Below, one piece after another: positions 35,127 to 46,439 of a stretch of DNA of 64,000 bases (its first letter is position 1; every line of letters starts with the position of its first letter). The notes beneath the pieces were generated by a model. The model saw only the letters and a list, made by a program, of their open reading frames with translations. It searched no databases and was not told the origin of the DNA. Both the position numbers and the translations under genes were made by a program. Origin of the DNA: Pelomyxa schiedti (Eukaryota > Protista > Evosea); NCBI GenBank assembly GCA_020536535.1, contig JAHLWZ010000041.1:7839-71838 (forward strand). Reading direction: 5' to 3'.

Positions 35127-37109
35127 ATGGCAACAAGACTACCCGTACGCAGCGGCGGCGCCGCCACCAGCAGCAGCACCTCAATGTTCCCCGCGCCCGC
35201 AGTCCTCAGCACGGCCCCGCCCCCAGCGCCCCCAGGGGTCACGCCGGTAGTATTCCGGAATCCAAACCTCACAGGGTCCGGCCCCAGAGCAGACACACCC
35301 ACCACCCCCACGGGCACTCCCATAATGGGGCGCGGCACGGGTATGATCATGCCCGCGGTGATTAAGAAGGAGGACCCGTACACCCCGCAGTCTACTGGTC
35401 CCGTGGTGCTCAACAGGCCGACGGAGCACGGCGCCGCGGCGTTGGGAGCTCAGAACCAGCCCCCGCTCGCAGTGACCAAGCAGCCGCCTCAGGAGCAGGC
35501 GCAGCCGCTGTCCCATAATGCGGCGCAGTACCAACCTAATGTGGCTATGATGGTGATGGGTGGCGCCGCGGCACAGGAGGAGCCGTACGCCCCGTGGCCA
35601 AAGGCGGCTGGGCCCAAAGCAGTGCCCTCACAAACGCCGAGTTATGGGAATACTGGGACTGATACGAGTGGAATGGGATTCCATGGAAGCGGGGGAGTAG
35701 TAGTACCGGGAGGAGGAGGAAATGGAGTAGTAAGCGGAACAAAGAGGGATGCACCTGCGAATACTAATACAGGAGCCAAGACTCCTCAAGGTTTCCTCGA
35801 GTCTGTTCACATTCGCGCGAAGGCGGATATTGCGGGATTGCTTTCGCAGAAGGGGGGCGAGGATTTGGCTTCCACACTCACAACAAAGAAATTGCAGCCG
35901 GTGACTGAGGGTTTTCTCCTCTCCAAGGAGCTTCTGGGTGACGTTCGCTCGGAGTCATTGCCTTATTCTCACAAGGCTTCCGCTAATGCGATGATATCTG
36001 ATATGTTATCCAAGAGTGCCGAGACACTAGCCACGTCTGTTGACAATTTGAACCAGCAAATACAGAGTCTTACCATGGAGGAGAAAAGACATGCTATAGA
36101 AACAGAGCGTACTGAGGAGAGGGAAAAGGAATTAATGGAGGAATTGGAACGGACCCGGCAACACCTCGCGGAAGAGAAAAGGCTTACAGATGAATATAGG
36201 AAAAAAAGAGGTGAAGCAGAAACAATGATCCATGTGGAAACAGCCAAGGTCGTCCTATTGGATGCTGAGCTGCGAAGTACATGCTCTGTAGTAAAAAATG
36301 CAATCGAAGCATTAAGCACCATCGAGTCCAAAGTGCGTTCTACATCCTTGGATTCCTTAACTGCCGTCGAAATCGGAGTTCTTCTATGTGAACTGGGCCT
36401 GGCAAAGCACTCTGAAGCGTTTGTGAAGGCCGGTTGTGATGGACACATGCTTGAGCTCCTTGTTAAAGATGACATGTGTAAGTATTATGGTGTTACCGAT
36501 ATGGTAGAACGTAAATTGATTACACACACCGTCTGGCTTATAAAGGCTACCGGGAAGATTCGCGCACTCCCTCCTTGCAACTCTGAACTTACTGCAAGCC
36601 GGCTAGGGATGCAGGATCCCATAATGCTTCAACTTCCTCACATGCCAGCCCAGGATGTTGTCCGCTGGCTTGAAACCAACCCAAAGACCCAGGTTCACGC
36701 TCACAAATTCGCCAAAGTTCCAGGATATGCCTTTGTCCACCTCAGACTTCCTGACATGGCTGAACTTGGAATTATGGAACTGAGAGCCAGGACAGAAATA
36801 CAGGACCTCGTGGATGCCGCCCACTCTGCGCTAACTTTTTCCTACCAAGGAGTTCCGGAAAATGATTTTGTCATCAATGGGGTGCCTCCCCAGTGGTTAT
36901 GCACTCTAACCGGCAGACTCATGCAAATGCCGGTTCTGGGAAAGGACTGCCTTGTATATGAAAGTGGCGCAATCGGGCCTGAGACTGACTGCAGCCCAAT
37001 GACACATGAGCCTTGGACTCCAAGTGACTGTCCTCTACCTTGGACTTGCCCTACCTGGAAAAAACTCCTAGAGGCTTGGAAAGAACAGAGCCCATACCGC
37101 AATTTTTAG
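35127..37109 (+). CDS. Intronless protein with Pro-rich N-terminus, coiled coil, two SAM-like domains and a C-terminal U-box-like domain
   Basis: Single open frame. Coiled coil LNQQIQSLTMEEK...AEEKR. SAM-like LTAVEIGVLLCELGLAKHSEAFVKAGCDGHML and AQDVVRWL..KFAKVPGYAFVHLRLPDMAELGI. U-box-like VPPQWLCTLTGRLMQMPVLGKDCLVYESGAI..SPMTHEP. Confidence 0.75.
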   Translation: MATRLPVRSGGAATSSSTSMFPAPAVLSTAPPPAPPGVTPVVFRNPNLTGSGPRADTPTTPTGTPIMGRGTGMIMPAVIKKEDPYTPQSTGPVVLNRPTEHGAAALGAQNQPPLAVTKQPPQEQAQPLSHNAAQYQPNVAMMVMGGAAAQEEPYAPWPKAAGPKAVPSQTPSYGNTGTDTSGMGFHGSGGVVVPGGGGNGVVSGTKRDAPANTNTGAKTPQGFLESVHIRAKADIAGLLSQKGGEDLASTLTTKKLQPVTEGFLLSKELLGDVRSESLPYSHKASANAMISDMLSKSAETLATSVDNLNQQIQSLTMEEKRHAIETERTEEREKELMEELERTRQHLAEEKRLTDEYRKKRGEAETMIHVETAKVVLLDAELRSTCSVVKNAIEALSTIESKVRSTSLDSLTAVEIGVLLCELGLAKHSEAFVKAGCDGHMLELLVKDDMCKYYGVTDMVERKLITHTVWLIKATGKIRALPPCNSELTASRLGMQDPIMLQLPHMPAQDVVRWLETNPKTQVHAHKFAKVPGYAFVHLRLPDMAELGIMELRARTEIQDLVDAAHSALTFSYQGVPENDFVINGVPPQWLCTLTGRLMQMPVLGKDCLVYESGAIGPETDCSPMTHEPWTPSDCPLPWTCPTWKKLLEAWKEQSPYRNF

Positions 37110-37228
37110 TTTTTGGCCTCAACACAACTCACGAATGAACTAATAGGAAACTTGTTTTTTTTTGTCACCTCTCGGCACTTCAACTTCGGCGACGCCTCCC
37201 CTTCAGGGAAACAACAAAAAAAAAATCG

Positions 37229-38776
37229 ATGGACGGCCATGAGACCGACGGCGTCAGCGCGCCGACAACGACTACAACAACAGCAGTAATGGGCGTCGAT
37301 GGAAGTACTGATACCGACGTCACCAAAGATGGCGGAATAAGAAAGAGAATTGTCAAAATGGGAAGCGGGTGCAAAAACCCTGGTGTGAGTGCCATTATTG
37401 CTGTCACTGGTTTTTTTTTTTTTTTTTTTTTTCGGTTGGGGGGTGTATGTATTGTGTGCGTGTGGCGCGGCAACATTTCATGTTGTAATAGTTCGAGTAG
37501 TAATGAGGTAACAGCAAAGGCTGCCGAGGTAGTGATTCATTACGTAGGCACTTTCTTGGATGGAACAGTTTTCGACTCTAGTAGAGCTAGAAACAGCCCA
37601 TTCACTTTTAAGGTTATTCCTTTCCTTACCCGTTTCTTATTTCTGTTCTGACTTTTACAGCTTGGAAGTGGTAATGTAATAAAGGGATTGGATGAAAGTG
37701 TACAAACAATGCTGAAGAATGAGGTGGCAGTTTTCACAATTACACCGAAATACGGCTACGGAGAAAAGGCTCCCGCCACAATCCCACCAAATTCAACTCT
37801 CGTTTTGGAAGTGGAGCTTATTTCCTGGAGGGAGGAAAGGGATGTTAGTGATAAAAAAGACAAGTCTATTACTGTTAAGGTACCTGGGTCCCTAGCTACT
37901 TCTTTACCTACTGTTTGGAAGGTGTTGCATGACGGGGAGGGCTGGGAGAGCCCAACTGATGAAGCTCTGTGTACAATCACCTATATTGGTAAAATTAAAG
38001 AAACTGGAATTATATTTGACCGGCAAGAAACTTTTTCATTTACTATTGGAGAAGGTAAGCTTAACTAATGCTTTTGTATCATTCAATTCTTTACAGAGAC
38101 TGTTGTTCCTGGTCTTGAGAAGGGAGTGGAGTCTATGAAAAGAGGTGAAACTTCTGTAATCTCCATCATGCCTCAACATGCCTTCGGGCTGGTTGGGAAC
38201 AATCAATTTAATGTGTCTCCCTGTGATGTCATTGAATACGAAGTCACCCTCACATCTTTTGATCAACCCAAAGCTGCATACCAACTCACGGCCCCTGAAC
38301 AGCTAGAAATGGCAGAGAAAAAGCGATTGGAGGGAAACGCTCTGTATACACAGAACAAGCTTGTACGTGCCCTTAAAAAGTACAAGAAAGCACTTGAGTT
38401 CATTGACTCGGACATCAAAATGAGTGAAGAGGAGAAAGCCAAAGCCAAAAAACTGAAGCTTCCATGCTATCTCAACATTGCGGCGTGCAAAATTGCAACC
38501 AAAGAATGGAATGAAGTGCTTGAGAATTGCAAGAAAGCTCTTGATTTGGACCCGCGAAACCCCCGCGGCATATTCAGAAGAGGAAAAGCTTACGCTGCAA
38601 TAGGAGAATGGGATTCAGCTGAACGGGATTTCAATGAAGTCCTGCTACAGCAACCAACTAATGCCGATGCACGAAAAGAGCTGCAGCTATTGAAAGCTAA
38701 AATTGCTAAACAACAGCAGAGAGATAGAAAGACATTTGACAGTATATTCTCCAAACTTTCAACAGAGGACCATTGA
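37229..38776 (+). CDS. Large FKBP-type peptidyl-prolyl isomerase with TPR repeats (FKBP52/FKBP62-like Hsp90 co-chaperone)
   Basis: DVTKDGGIRKRIVKMGSG, VIHYVGTFLDGTVFDSSRARNSPFTF..LGSGNVIKGLD, a second FKBP domain (GEGWESP..VPGLEKGVESMKRGE), and TPR KRLEGNALY..CYLNIAAC..LDPRNPRGIFRRGKAY. Confidence 0.95.
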
Positions 38777-38999
38777 ACACACTAATTCAACAAGACAAAT
38801 CACACAAGTGTTGGCGGGTCATTTTTCACGTTTTAATACAAAAAAAAAAACCCCAACAGCCCATAACACCCTTCCTGTCACTGCACACAGCCTCCTGATG
38901 TATACATCATAACTTCTTGTGTGGTGTGCTGCTTGGTGTTGTTGTATTTGATATTGGTGATGATGGTGGTGATTCAGCCTGAGCCTCCTGTGACCTCCC

Positions 39000-39446
39000 A
39001 GGGACTTTCCTCTGTCGTTTCTTATTTTGTTTGGTATAGTGAGAACGAAAAAAGATTGGGGGGGATGCACTACATGTGTCCCTTTTTCATTAGCCAGAAT
39101 GCTCTCAGCCAAACCCTGCAAGTGCTCCGCAATTGCTTTCACTTTGGCTGCATGTTCAGCAGTTGACCCCATTCTGAGTTCAGCATCCTTGGCCAATGCG
39201 GCAATGTCGTTGCTAGCACTTTCTATCTACAAGAACATCACATTAGCCATTTAACTTCAATGAAATCACACAATGTAAACTACTAGTGATTGCACAATAG
39301 TGGTGGTAGGTGGCCCTGCCAACACAACAGTAACAAACCAAACCCACCTCTCGCCAGTTTTCACGCCTCTGGTATTCATTTGTCTCGTTGAAATGAGCTG
39401 TGCGCTTTGCCCCCACTTGTCGTGATTGTGGTCCTCGGCCTGCCAT
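39000..39446 (-). CDS. Small (~100 aa) coiled-coil protein of unknown function, three exons
   Basis: Spliced reading MAGRGPQSRQ...RRENWRE|IESASNDIAALAKDAELRMGSTAEHAAKVKAIAEHLQGLAESILANEKG|...EVTGGSG* using GT-AG introns. Confidence 0.45.
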
Positions 39447-39869
39447 AATGATAGTTGCTGAAAAGCTTATGTGTGGTCTTTGTCTTTGTACAAAATATAC
39501 AGCGGCACAACGGCACCCCGTGTGGTGCTTTGTGTTTTGGTTTTTTTGTTTTTCTTTTTTTCTTTGTTATCGTTTTTTGCTGTTTCTCAAAAACGGAACT
39601 AAAGTGGTTGGAGCTTGTGGTTTACCGTGAATTTTTTCGCTGTTAACGAAAGGAACTATTGCCTTCTTTTTTGTGTGGCGGTTTAGTTCTCTGTATTGTT
39701 GTAGGTAAGATGAGGTGACAAAACTTGTTGTTGTTCACGTGATCAGGTGAACACTTGGAAATATGTTATTTGTACACTACAATAAAAAGTGATTTAACTT
39801 AGGGATGTGACTGGAGGTATGATGTTGACACTGTGGGAGGGTTTCTCCTTCAAGGTTTGCCTCTCTTTT

Positions 39870-42800
39870 TCGCCAACCTCGTGGCTGCTTCTGTTGTCTG
39901 CTTTTTGAGGTCTTCGGTTGCTAGACTGAGCTGGCTCACTAACCGCTTCAGTGGCTCTATGTGTGGTGACTTTTTATTAGTGTAGTGCATCATTTCCTGC
40001 AGACGGTGTTAGTAACACGAGTTGTTCCCTGGAAAAAATTGGGAACCTGTGCCAGAAGATAGTAGGTGGATATCCTTCTTAGAGGCTTTTCGAGCTCCGT
40101 TTTCATTTCTAGTTTCCTTGTTTTTTCGGTTGTCTGGACAAGTAAGCCATATACGTCTGAAGTAAGAAAGGAAATACCAACTGCCAGCCAGCAAATGGAC
40201 CGTCATTCATTGCCGTATCAAGTGCTACAACTTGATTTGGGTAGTTGGTGAAGTAGTTGGAGTAAATATCGAGCAATGCTGCATCAAAAATATCGGTAAT
40301 TGTGGTATTCGAGTCATAGGTTGCAAGTTTCTGCTGAAGTGCCACTGATATTCTAAAACAATACTGTCACTATCACTGTCATGGGAGCCCAACATTAACT
40401 TACTTGCTGTGTTCCGAAATAAGTTTCTCGAAAGTGGTAAAAAGAATGTTGCCCGTTAATGAATCAACAGCCGGGGAGTTCCTTATCGGAATAACAAAAA
40501 CCTAGGGAAAAAAGGTAAATATATGCTTCACTTAACTGTACAGTACCTCAAAAGCCAATTTCAAACCATTAAGATATTCTAATTCGGTCTCTGCGAGTTT
40601 GATCAATGTTTCTTGACACTTTTTTTCGTTTTCTGCAGCAACTAGTGAGGCATAGGATTTGGATCCCTCTGATGCACTTTGAACCTACACCAGATATTGT
40701 AGGCTGTCAAAAGCTTAAGTAATAGCACCCATACAGTGTCAACAAAAGCACTAGCAATCATGCATTCTCGAGCGCTGTGTAGGGCTCCATTTATCGATTT
40801 TGTCCAGTCTTGAGCCTCCTGTGGAGTCGTGAAGTTGTACTTGTACATTCCATCTGTACAGATCATTCCAAAGGTTTGTGGTGTTGTTCCGGACTTTGTG
40901 AAGTTTAATGTTACAGAAGTATTGAAGATTGCAACCTGAAGAGACGAGGTACTTAAATTTATTGATTGCTCATATGTGTACTTGCCCGTTTTATCGGCTA
41001 CCTTTGTGAGGACAAAAATATCACTGAACAGCCAGAGGTGCTTTTTCTTCTTATTTACTACAGCAGCGCCCTCTTTCACAAATTTCCTCTTGGGTTGAGA
41101 GGCGAGTTTTAAGTTGGATGGATAATCAATCCACTTGGCTTGGATATCACACAACTGCGCAACACTTTCGGCATCGTGTTTGTTCTCGTTAATGTAATCA
41201 GCGAGTTCCCGAATAAAATTTAGAGCGCCAGAAAGTAAACTGTGATCTGGGTGTGCTTTGGGAGTGGACCGGAGCATATCATTCAGTAATAGTACATCTG
41301 AAAGAAAGCTTGGGAAATGAAGACATTCGATAAAGCAGTATACATCTAGGTATTCTTTGTACGGGAGTAATCAAAAGCCCTTCGAGATTTAATCCAAATA
41401 GAGAACTGCTATAATCTAAATGCTTTTGCATTCAAGTTACCCATAGAAAGGGTGCTCTGCATATACCTCAAGATATTTCTTGAAAAGTGGTGCTTTCTCC
41501 TTACACTCCTTGAGAACAATAAGACTTGGACCATAGTTATTCACATAGTGCTTATAAAGTTTAATCCAAGCTGTCTAAGGATTGGGGTAAAAAGGAAATA
41601 ATAGGGTAAAAAAAACATCGATTTCACCTCATTGAGGAAAATATCCCCAATTACAGAGTTCCCCTCCCAAGTAGCTAGCCTTGCTTCTATTGCCGAAAGT
41701 AGTCTGTATCATGAGTGAGGTTGTACATTTCCTTGGTGGATACCTTTCATGGCAGTCACGTATTACCTCCATGTTGCTTTTTTTTTAAAAAAAAACCTTA
41801 TTGAGAAGTGGGATAAAAGAATGTGGAAAAAGAAACCTGAAAATATGGAATATATCTTCTTTGGTTATCCCTCTTGGAACTGCTTTAAGTTGATCGATAA
41901 ATCGCTGAAGAGAATCAAATTAGGCCAAAGAAAAAAACAGGGAGAAAGCACACCCCAACAACTGTGTTGAGTTGATTTGTATAGGTTTCCTCTGTTGATA
42001 AGATCTCCCCGGCAATTTTAGATCGCTTAGCAAGCATGTCTTGCAATTTAGGCATCTCCTCCGGAGTAACTGATGATACCCACTCGCCTAAGGAGCTGAT
42101 ATTGAAAGATACAATGGTCTCTGGGGCGGGAGTGGTGACAGGTGGCGGCCCTATTGAAGAAGTATCCGAGGGTGGTGGCAGAATGGGTGGAGGAGGAACA
42201 AAAACAGGCATGGATGCAGGAGTTGACTGCGGTGGGAGAATAGTTGTAGCAGGGGTGACTTCGGGAGGCCCGATAGGAGGAGGAACGTCACATGGGGGTG
42301 GTACAAAAAGTGGCTGGTCTTCGGGATGTGGCACAGTAACCAGTGGTTCTATTGCAGGGGGTCCAATAGATGGGGGCCCAATAACCAGCGGCTCCACGAA
42401 GGGTACCGCAGAGTGAGATACTTCAGCAAGAATTGTGCTGGGGAGATCAACTGGTGGCTGAATCATAGGCGGTGGTACAATGGGAGGACCAATAAATGGT
42501 GGAGGCTCAGCAGGCGGCGCATCGGTATTCGTTGGTGGTAATGAAGGTTGTTCGGAACTTTCCGTCCCTCCTAGCTCTTGCTCTAGGGGTATTGGGTGGG
42601 CTACAGGGGAATTTACGGGAGCAGAAGATTGAAGAGAGTACTCCGAAGAGTAATCAAAGTATGAACTTGGCGGACTGACTCTGTCTAAACTCTGAGTTCG
42701 AGTGAAAAGTTTTGGAGGACCAGCAGCAAGGCGTGGGGCAGCAGGAGCATGCTTTGGAGGCGGCCCCGTCCGAATAGTGGAAGGTGGTGCATGATGCGCT

Positions 42801-43813
42801 GGAGGAGTGCCATGTTGTGGTGTCGGAGAACTATTTGAGGTATTACCTCCAACTTGGTTCGTTGCTTTGGCAATCTCATTGCCTTGATCCATAGGTGGTG
42901 TGCTAGGTGCAAGGGTATGTGGATCTGATTGCATTGTATTCAGAGATGCAACCGACGGCGTCAGTACTAAAGGCCCAGTGTCTTGCTTATTTGATTGATT
43001 CTGTTCTTGTTGGGAGAGTGGTTTAGAGGCTTCCTGAGGTGCCTCGGTTGGCACCTGCACTACAGGAACCGGTTGGGAAGGGAGAACAGGATCAACTAAT
43101 TCCTGTCCAGATTGTATTGGAAGAACAGAGTCATTTTTTTCACGTGCTACGGTTTCTGGCTGCACCTGTGCTGACTGCAACAAATCACGCGAAGGAGGTG
43201 TTGCATGCGCATGTGCTTGTTCTGCTGTTTGTTGTGACTGCGGAGAGATGGGTGAATGAGCGGTCCGGTGATCGCTATTCAATTGCAAATTCGGCTTTGC
43301 CCTGCAGATGGAGTCGAGGCTTCCAGGTCTACTTGTTGCACCAAGTGACATGGAATGTGACCGCTGAGCCCCGGAAGTTGTAGCAGAAGTACGCTGAGAA
43401 GGAGACCATGTGTGAGACGGCGTTGGATTTTGGGCCGGAGTTCCAGTGGGCGTTGCCTTATTAACAGCCTTAAGTGCAACATGTGGGATAGCATTAGAAG
43501 AAGGGGAATTCGGATTCGAATTCCCCGTGCCTGTACCGACGGTATTTGCGCCTGTGGATGTGCTAGTACCAGTTTTTCCAGTGTTTACGCCACCAGGAGT
43601 TTTCCTTAACTGAACGAAAATCTGCGGTTGTTCATCGGCGCTCTTGGCGGGAGGTTGTTGCGAGGATTGCGCGGTTCTATCGGCAACAGATTTGAGCTTT
43701 ACGGCGCCGAAGGGTGAGGTAGTAATTTTGACATCGCCGCTGTTAGACGACGCACCAACAGTGGCCTTTACGCTTGTAGTCGAAGGTGTCGCAGATCCGG
43801 GGCTCTGTCGCAT
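39870..43813 (-). CDS. Dbl-family RhoGEF: long Pro-rich N-terminus, DH-PH module and a second DH-like segment
   Basis: KRSKIAGEILSTEETYTNQLNTV, WIKLYKHYVNNYG, LEGLLITPVQRIP..VLLLNDMLRSTPKAHPDH..ALNFIRELADYINENK. PH KRKFVKEG..HLWLFSDIFVL. Then KCQETLIKLAETELEYLNGLKLA and LLDIYSNYFTNY. The 3' end is approximate. Confidence 0.88.
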
Positions 43814-44203
43814 CTTGGGACACCGGTACCACGCCGCACTCGCAGGTGTCCGTTGGGGGGAAAAAATTTATTTACGGATCTTTCAGTTCCTCAAAAGGGG
43901 AGTAACACCGGAAGAAGCGAAACATCGCGTTTCTTGTAACGGAACAACGTAACTTTTAACTGGGAGAAACTGAGGGGGCATGCAAAAAACACCAGCCTGA
44001 GCGACGAGTCACTGCTGATTTATTCAGCCAGTTGGCAGCATGCGATGGGGGGCTATAACGCATCCAAAAGGGCAGGCACAACAATGATCAACCCTGAGTC
44101 CACTAAAAAAATGTTGCTCAGTTCGTCGAAAAGACCCAATCGAGTTGATTATTTTATTCAGCCACTTACTTACATCTGATCATTTACACAAAACAAGAAA
44201 AAC

Positions 44204-44733
44204 ATGGGTATTGCTTTTGGAGGTGATAAACGCAGGATCGAGTATCCTTTCAACAAGAATTCGTCGATAGTACGCGGATCTGTCTCATCTTCCGACGGAT
44301 CTTACGACAAAATCGTTTCCGTCGATCTTGATCGTGTCGCCAGCATATCGTCGTCACGAAACCGGCGATTTAGAGTACCCTATATTTTGGGCACCGGTGT
44401 AATTTGCGGCAGCCTGGGTGTGTGTAGTTTTTTTCCCGACCTTTCTATGTAACCTTTTGGTATTCAGCTTTTCCTGTGGCGAAAGCACTTACTGAATCGC
44501 GGCGCGAAGAGGATAGAACTGCTATTGGGCTAGGTTCTGCTGGAATTGCCGCTTTTCTTGGCTTTGGAATTGCTACAATATGTGGTGGCTATGTTGTGCG
44601 ACATGATGTGGAGTTTGCGTGGGGAGGTGGAAATACTCTCACTATGTCAGAAGATACCTGGGCACTCAATAAGTCTCCAGAATCAATTGCTAGACTACAC
44701 AAGTACATGGAAGAAAGACAACATTCCTCTTAA
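44204..44733 (+). CDS. Small two-TM membrane protein of unknown function, one intron
   Basis: MGIAFGGDKRRIEY...VPYILGTGVICGSLG | AKALTE..TAIGLGSAGIAAFLGFGIATICGGYVV...HSS*. Two hydrophobic segments. Confidence 0.55.
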
Positions 44734-44801
44734 CACAAAAGCCTCATCTTTTCTTTTTCTACAACTTGCTGGATAATATATTCACAACGCAAATACCCGC
44801 A

Positions 44802-45528
44802 CTATTGTTGGCGGCACTCAGGAAGGTCTCTAAGCCTCAACCCACGTTCTTTAGAGAAATCAGAAAATGCCTCAGGCCCGACACCAGCTTGTGTGAAGGC
44901 AACAATTTGAGCTGATCTTCCTTTCCATGTAGAGTGGCACACCTCAAAGTTCTCCCGAAAGAGTCCCACAAAATCTGGCATACTCAAAGTCTTGTCAAAT
45001 ATGCAACCTATTTTTTTTTGGTTTGCATGGTATGTTTGTGTTTGTGTTTGTGTTGACTCTTTCCTGTGGCACTCATGTTGTGATACACATACCATAACGA
45101 AACAGTAGCTGGCCATCATTAGCGTCCATTTCCCAATTACCAGCAAGCAAATTGTCATTCCAATCATTGAGAACGCGTGCAACTAAATGTGGTGTATGTG
45201 ATTTTCGGTTAGAGTGTGCATAGGAAATACTCAACAAAAACGGTAGAAGAAAGCTAAAGCAACCTTCAGTGCGATTCCCCTCCTGCACGTTGCGTAGGGG
45301 CATGTGATGAATCATCATCATGGTGTCTGTCACATGCAAGACAACACGGTAGTCATGTGAACTGCTGCTGATCTTATATGCCAAAGCACCACTCTACCAG
45401 AGAATAAATAAAACAAGAATTTTGGAAAATGCAAAAGTAACTGATGTTTCGCCGTTGGCAGTCCACCCATAATCACTTTTCAGTGTATCTCTGGCCACTT
45501 GTTGCCGTGATGCTAGCGCTCGTATCAT
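44802..45528 (-). CDS. YbjN-like (T3SS-chaperone fold) protein, spliced; copy 1
   Basis: YRVVLHVTD...PLRNVQEGNRTE..VARVLNDWNDNLLAGNWEMDANDGQLLFRYG..FVGLFRENFEV, matching the YbjN pattern (LN.xN...G.F.xD..DG.I.FR). Family call is from motif recognition only. Confidence 0.65.
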
Positions 45529-45579
45529 TGCCAGCAGTTCGACGAAAGCAATTACTTTTAAAAAACCAAAAATCTAAAA

Positions 45580-45587
45580 TCACGTGA
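45580..45587. promoter_or_regulatory. Palindromic E-box TCACGTGA in the ~92 bp divergent intergenic spacer
   Basis: aaaaTCACGTGAcaa lies between the ATGs at 45528 (-) and 45621 (+). Function is inferred only. Confidence 0.3.
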
Positions 45588-45620
45588 CAAAGTTGTTATT
45601 TACAAAAAAAAAAGTTGGTG

Positions 45621-46350
45621 ATGTCCGCTGTTACGAGGAAGGATCTGCCACCGTCCAAGATCCGCGATGCAGTGTTCGAAGTACTGAGGGATACGAGGAT
45701 CATGTACACTGTAAAGAGTGACTCGACTTCAATGGCGTCGTTCACTTTCGATGTGCGGTTTTTTTTTTTTCCCTCCTCTTTGTTTTTTTGACACTATGAT
45801 AGCAACTTTCTTGTGAAGTTTCGTTTCGGTACCCTCGTGAAAAGATGGCGTTCTCTATGGACATTCGTGTACCTTTTCGGTTCCCTGGTCAGTTCATGCC
45901 AACACTGAAGGAGTGCATGAACAACCTCAATTTCTCTGAGGTATCAGTTGGTTGCTTCGTAGCTGACCCTGTAAGCTTTTTTTTTTTTTTGTCTTCAACT
46001 GGAAATAACACCACTTAGGATGATGCACATGTCTACTACAAAACGTATTTTCCACACCTTTTTTGTTGGCCTGTTACCTAATTTATAGAAAAGATCCGTG
46101 TTCTTGAGGGATGTATCTGAGCCAGCACTTGTTATCAAAAAGATAGTTAAAAAGGGTTTGGCCACATTTGCTGTTCGCCTGAGGCATATTGTATACTTGT
46201 TTAAGTAAGGCTTTGAAACAAAAAGTAACACTTACAGTACTTTTAAAGATTTGCTGAAGGCTTCTCTACTCCCAAGCACAAGCATCTCTTGTTACCTTTC
46301 ATCCCCCCAAGGAATTCCAGTTGCACTTCATGCCGAACCTCATTAGAATC
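45621..46350 (+). CDS. YbjN-like protein, spliced; copy 2, possibly the N-terminal domain of the downstream kinase
   Basis: MSAVTRKDLPPSKIRDAVFEVLRDTRIMYTVKSD..FTFD|QLSCEVSFRYPREKMAFSMDIRVP..TLKECMNNLNFSEVSVGCFVADP|DDAHVYYK|TSVFLRDVSEPALVIKKIVKKGLATF, built with canonical GT-AG introns. Confidence 0.6.
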
Positions 46351-46439
46351 TTCCACATGCTTGTACTGTTCCGAGTGTACTTTTTACTTATGTGAAGTAC
46401 TAGCTGCAACTTTTTTTACAAACTGTTCACCAAATACAG

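Noticed and set aside
1826-39742. TCACGTGA as a window-wide regulatory signature (1826, 17176, 39735, 45580)
   Set aside because: At least two instances fall in likely coding or relic sequence and the count is too small to show enrichment without a genome background.
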